A stretch of 64,000 nucleotides of DNA from positions 753 to 64,752 of the forward strand of contig MHZT01000043.1 of the NCBI GenBank assembly GCA_001828855.1. Direction: 5' to 3'. This document shows, piece after piece, positions 63,372 to 64,000 of the stretch. The notes under the pieces were generated by a model that was not told the DNA's origin, ran no database searches, and was given only the letters and a program-made list of their open reading frames with translations. Position 1 is the stretch's first letter, and each line of letters starts with the position of its first letter. The position numbers and the translations under genes were made by a program. The stretch is from Rhodobacterales bacterium RIFCSPHIGHO2_02_FULL_62_130. GTDB lineage: Bacteria; Pseudomonadota; Alphaproteobacteria; Rhodobacterales; Rhodobacteraceae.

Positions 63372-64000
63372 TCAGCCTGACAGGCGCTTCCGATCCTCGA
63401 GCCCGATCTGCTCTGCCAGATGTTGGCGCAGTGCCTCCTTGCTGTTCGCCCGGAGATCATCGTTGAAATCCCCAAGCTGCGGTTCCAGCACCCGAACGGC
63501 AATCCCAACCTCAGTGGCTCTGGCGTTCAACCTCTCTGCCGCACGTTGCCCCGCCGGATCGCGGTCGATAGCGATGTAGAGGCGCTGCACTCCCTCCGGC
63601 AGCAGGACCGCCCCAAGGTGACTGGACGACAGCGCCGCCCAGACGGGAAGGTCCGGCATTGCCTCGACAAGGGACAGCATGGTCTCGATGCCCTCACCGA
63701 CCACGAGGATGTCGTCATGCGGGGTCAGCTTGACGGCATTGCCGAGGAGGTGACCCATGGCACGCCGCTGCGTCTCGACAGCCGCCTTCCCCTGTCCGTC
63801 AGGTGCCAGCCAGGTGCGATGCACGCCCTGCAAGGCCCCTGCCCCATCGGTGACCGCCGCGATCAACGCCGGTCTGGGCAGGCTTCGGGTCTGGCCCTCA
63901 TCCCGATGCCAGCACTTCGGGTGGAAGCGCAGGGCGCTCATCATGCCGCCTCGGGTCAGGCCCCGGGAGCGGAGGTAGGTGTCGGCAAGCGTGCCAGCGA
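63372..64000 (-). CDS. Toprim-domain protein (5' end beyond window)
   Basis: The frame stays open upstream of the track Met (...AGTLADTYLRSRGLTRGGMMSALRFHP...). The Toprim-like core is ILVVGEGIETMLS ... YIAIDRDPAGQ. Confidence 0.65.
   Translation of the reverse strand, partial: AGTLADTYLRSRGLTRGGMMSALRFHPKCWHRDEGQTRSLPRPALIAAVTDGAGALQGVHRTWLAPDGQGKAAVETQRRAMGHLLGNAVKLTPHDDILVVGEGIETMLSLVEAMPDLPVWAALSSSHLGAVLLPEGVQRLYIAIDRDPAGQRAAERLNARATEVGIAVRVLEPQLGDFNDDLRANSKEALRQHLAEQIGLEDRKRLSG

Larger units (their letters stand above)
29160..64000. mobile_element. Integrative mobilizable/conjugative element, partial (right end beyond window; left junction approximate)
   Basis: A tyrosine integrase lies at the left edge. 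A TA pair, MobC, a relaxase, a type IV coupling protein, ParA, SSB, H-NS-like, DUF2493 and Toprim genes follow. Composition is patchy, with lower-GC blocks at about 50.0-51.6 kb and 59.8-62.0 kb. Confidence 0.6.

Overview
High-GC (about 65%) alphaproteobacterial-type DNA; the taxon (Rhodobacterales/Rhizobiales-like) is inferred from gene content only. Positions 1-29,150 hold ordinary catabolic and transport operons. These are a sugar ABC system with a LacI regulator, a creatininase-family gene and an aldo/keto reductase; an AraC-linked hydantoinase B/A pair with a Liv-type ABC transporter; a gabT / aldehyde dehydrogenase / buk-ptb / hbd / etfBA / glutamate dehydrogenase block; and a MarR-controlled thiol-redox operon. 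The aldehyde dehydrogenase carries an in-frame TAG. From about 29,160 to the window end lies an integrase-bounded mobile island. It carries a HigBA-like toxin-antitoxin pair and a 9-gene Amadori/opine-like catabolic operon with a divergent GntR regulator. It also carries a DNA-transfer module (MobC, relaxase, type IV coupling protein, candidate oriT), ParA, Fic, SSB, an H-NS-like protein, a DUF2493 protein and a Toprim protein. The most interesting region is 51.6-62.0 kb. It contains a translationally coupled four-gene ubiquitin-like conjugation operon: a tandem beta-grasp Ubl ending GG-A, an E2-like protein, a JAB-E1 fusion and a Cys-rich DUF6527-like protein. A CapH/CapP-like XRE + ImmA/IrrE pair is transcribed divergently from it, and a near-consensus promoter with an operator palindrome is visible between them. 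An RHH-GNAT-XRE-ImmA-like operon converges on the operon's 3' end. A third HTH-ImmA fusion module lies 4 kb further on. No rRNA, tRNA, CRISPR array or transposase was seen. The ORF track translates alternative start codons as M, so many starts were re-derived from the sequence.
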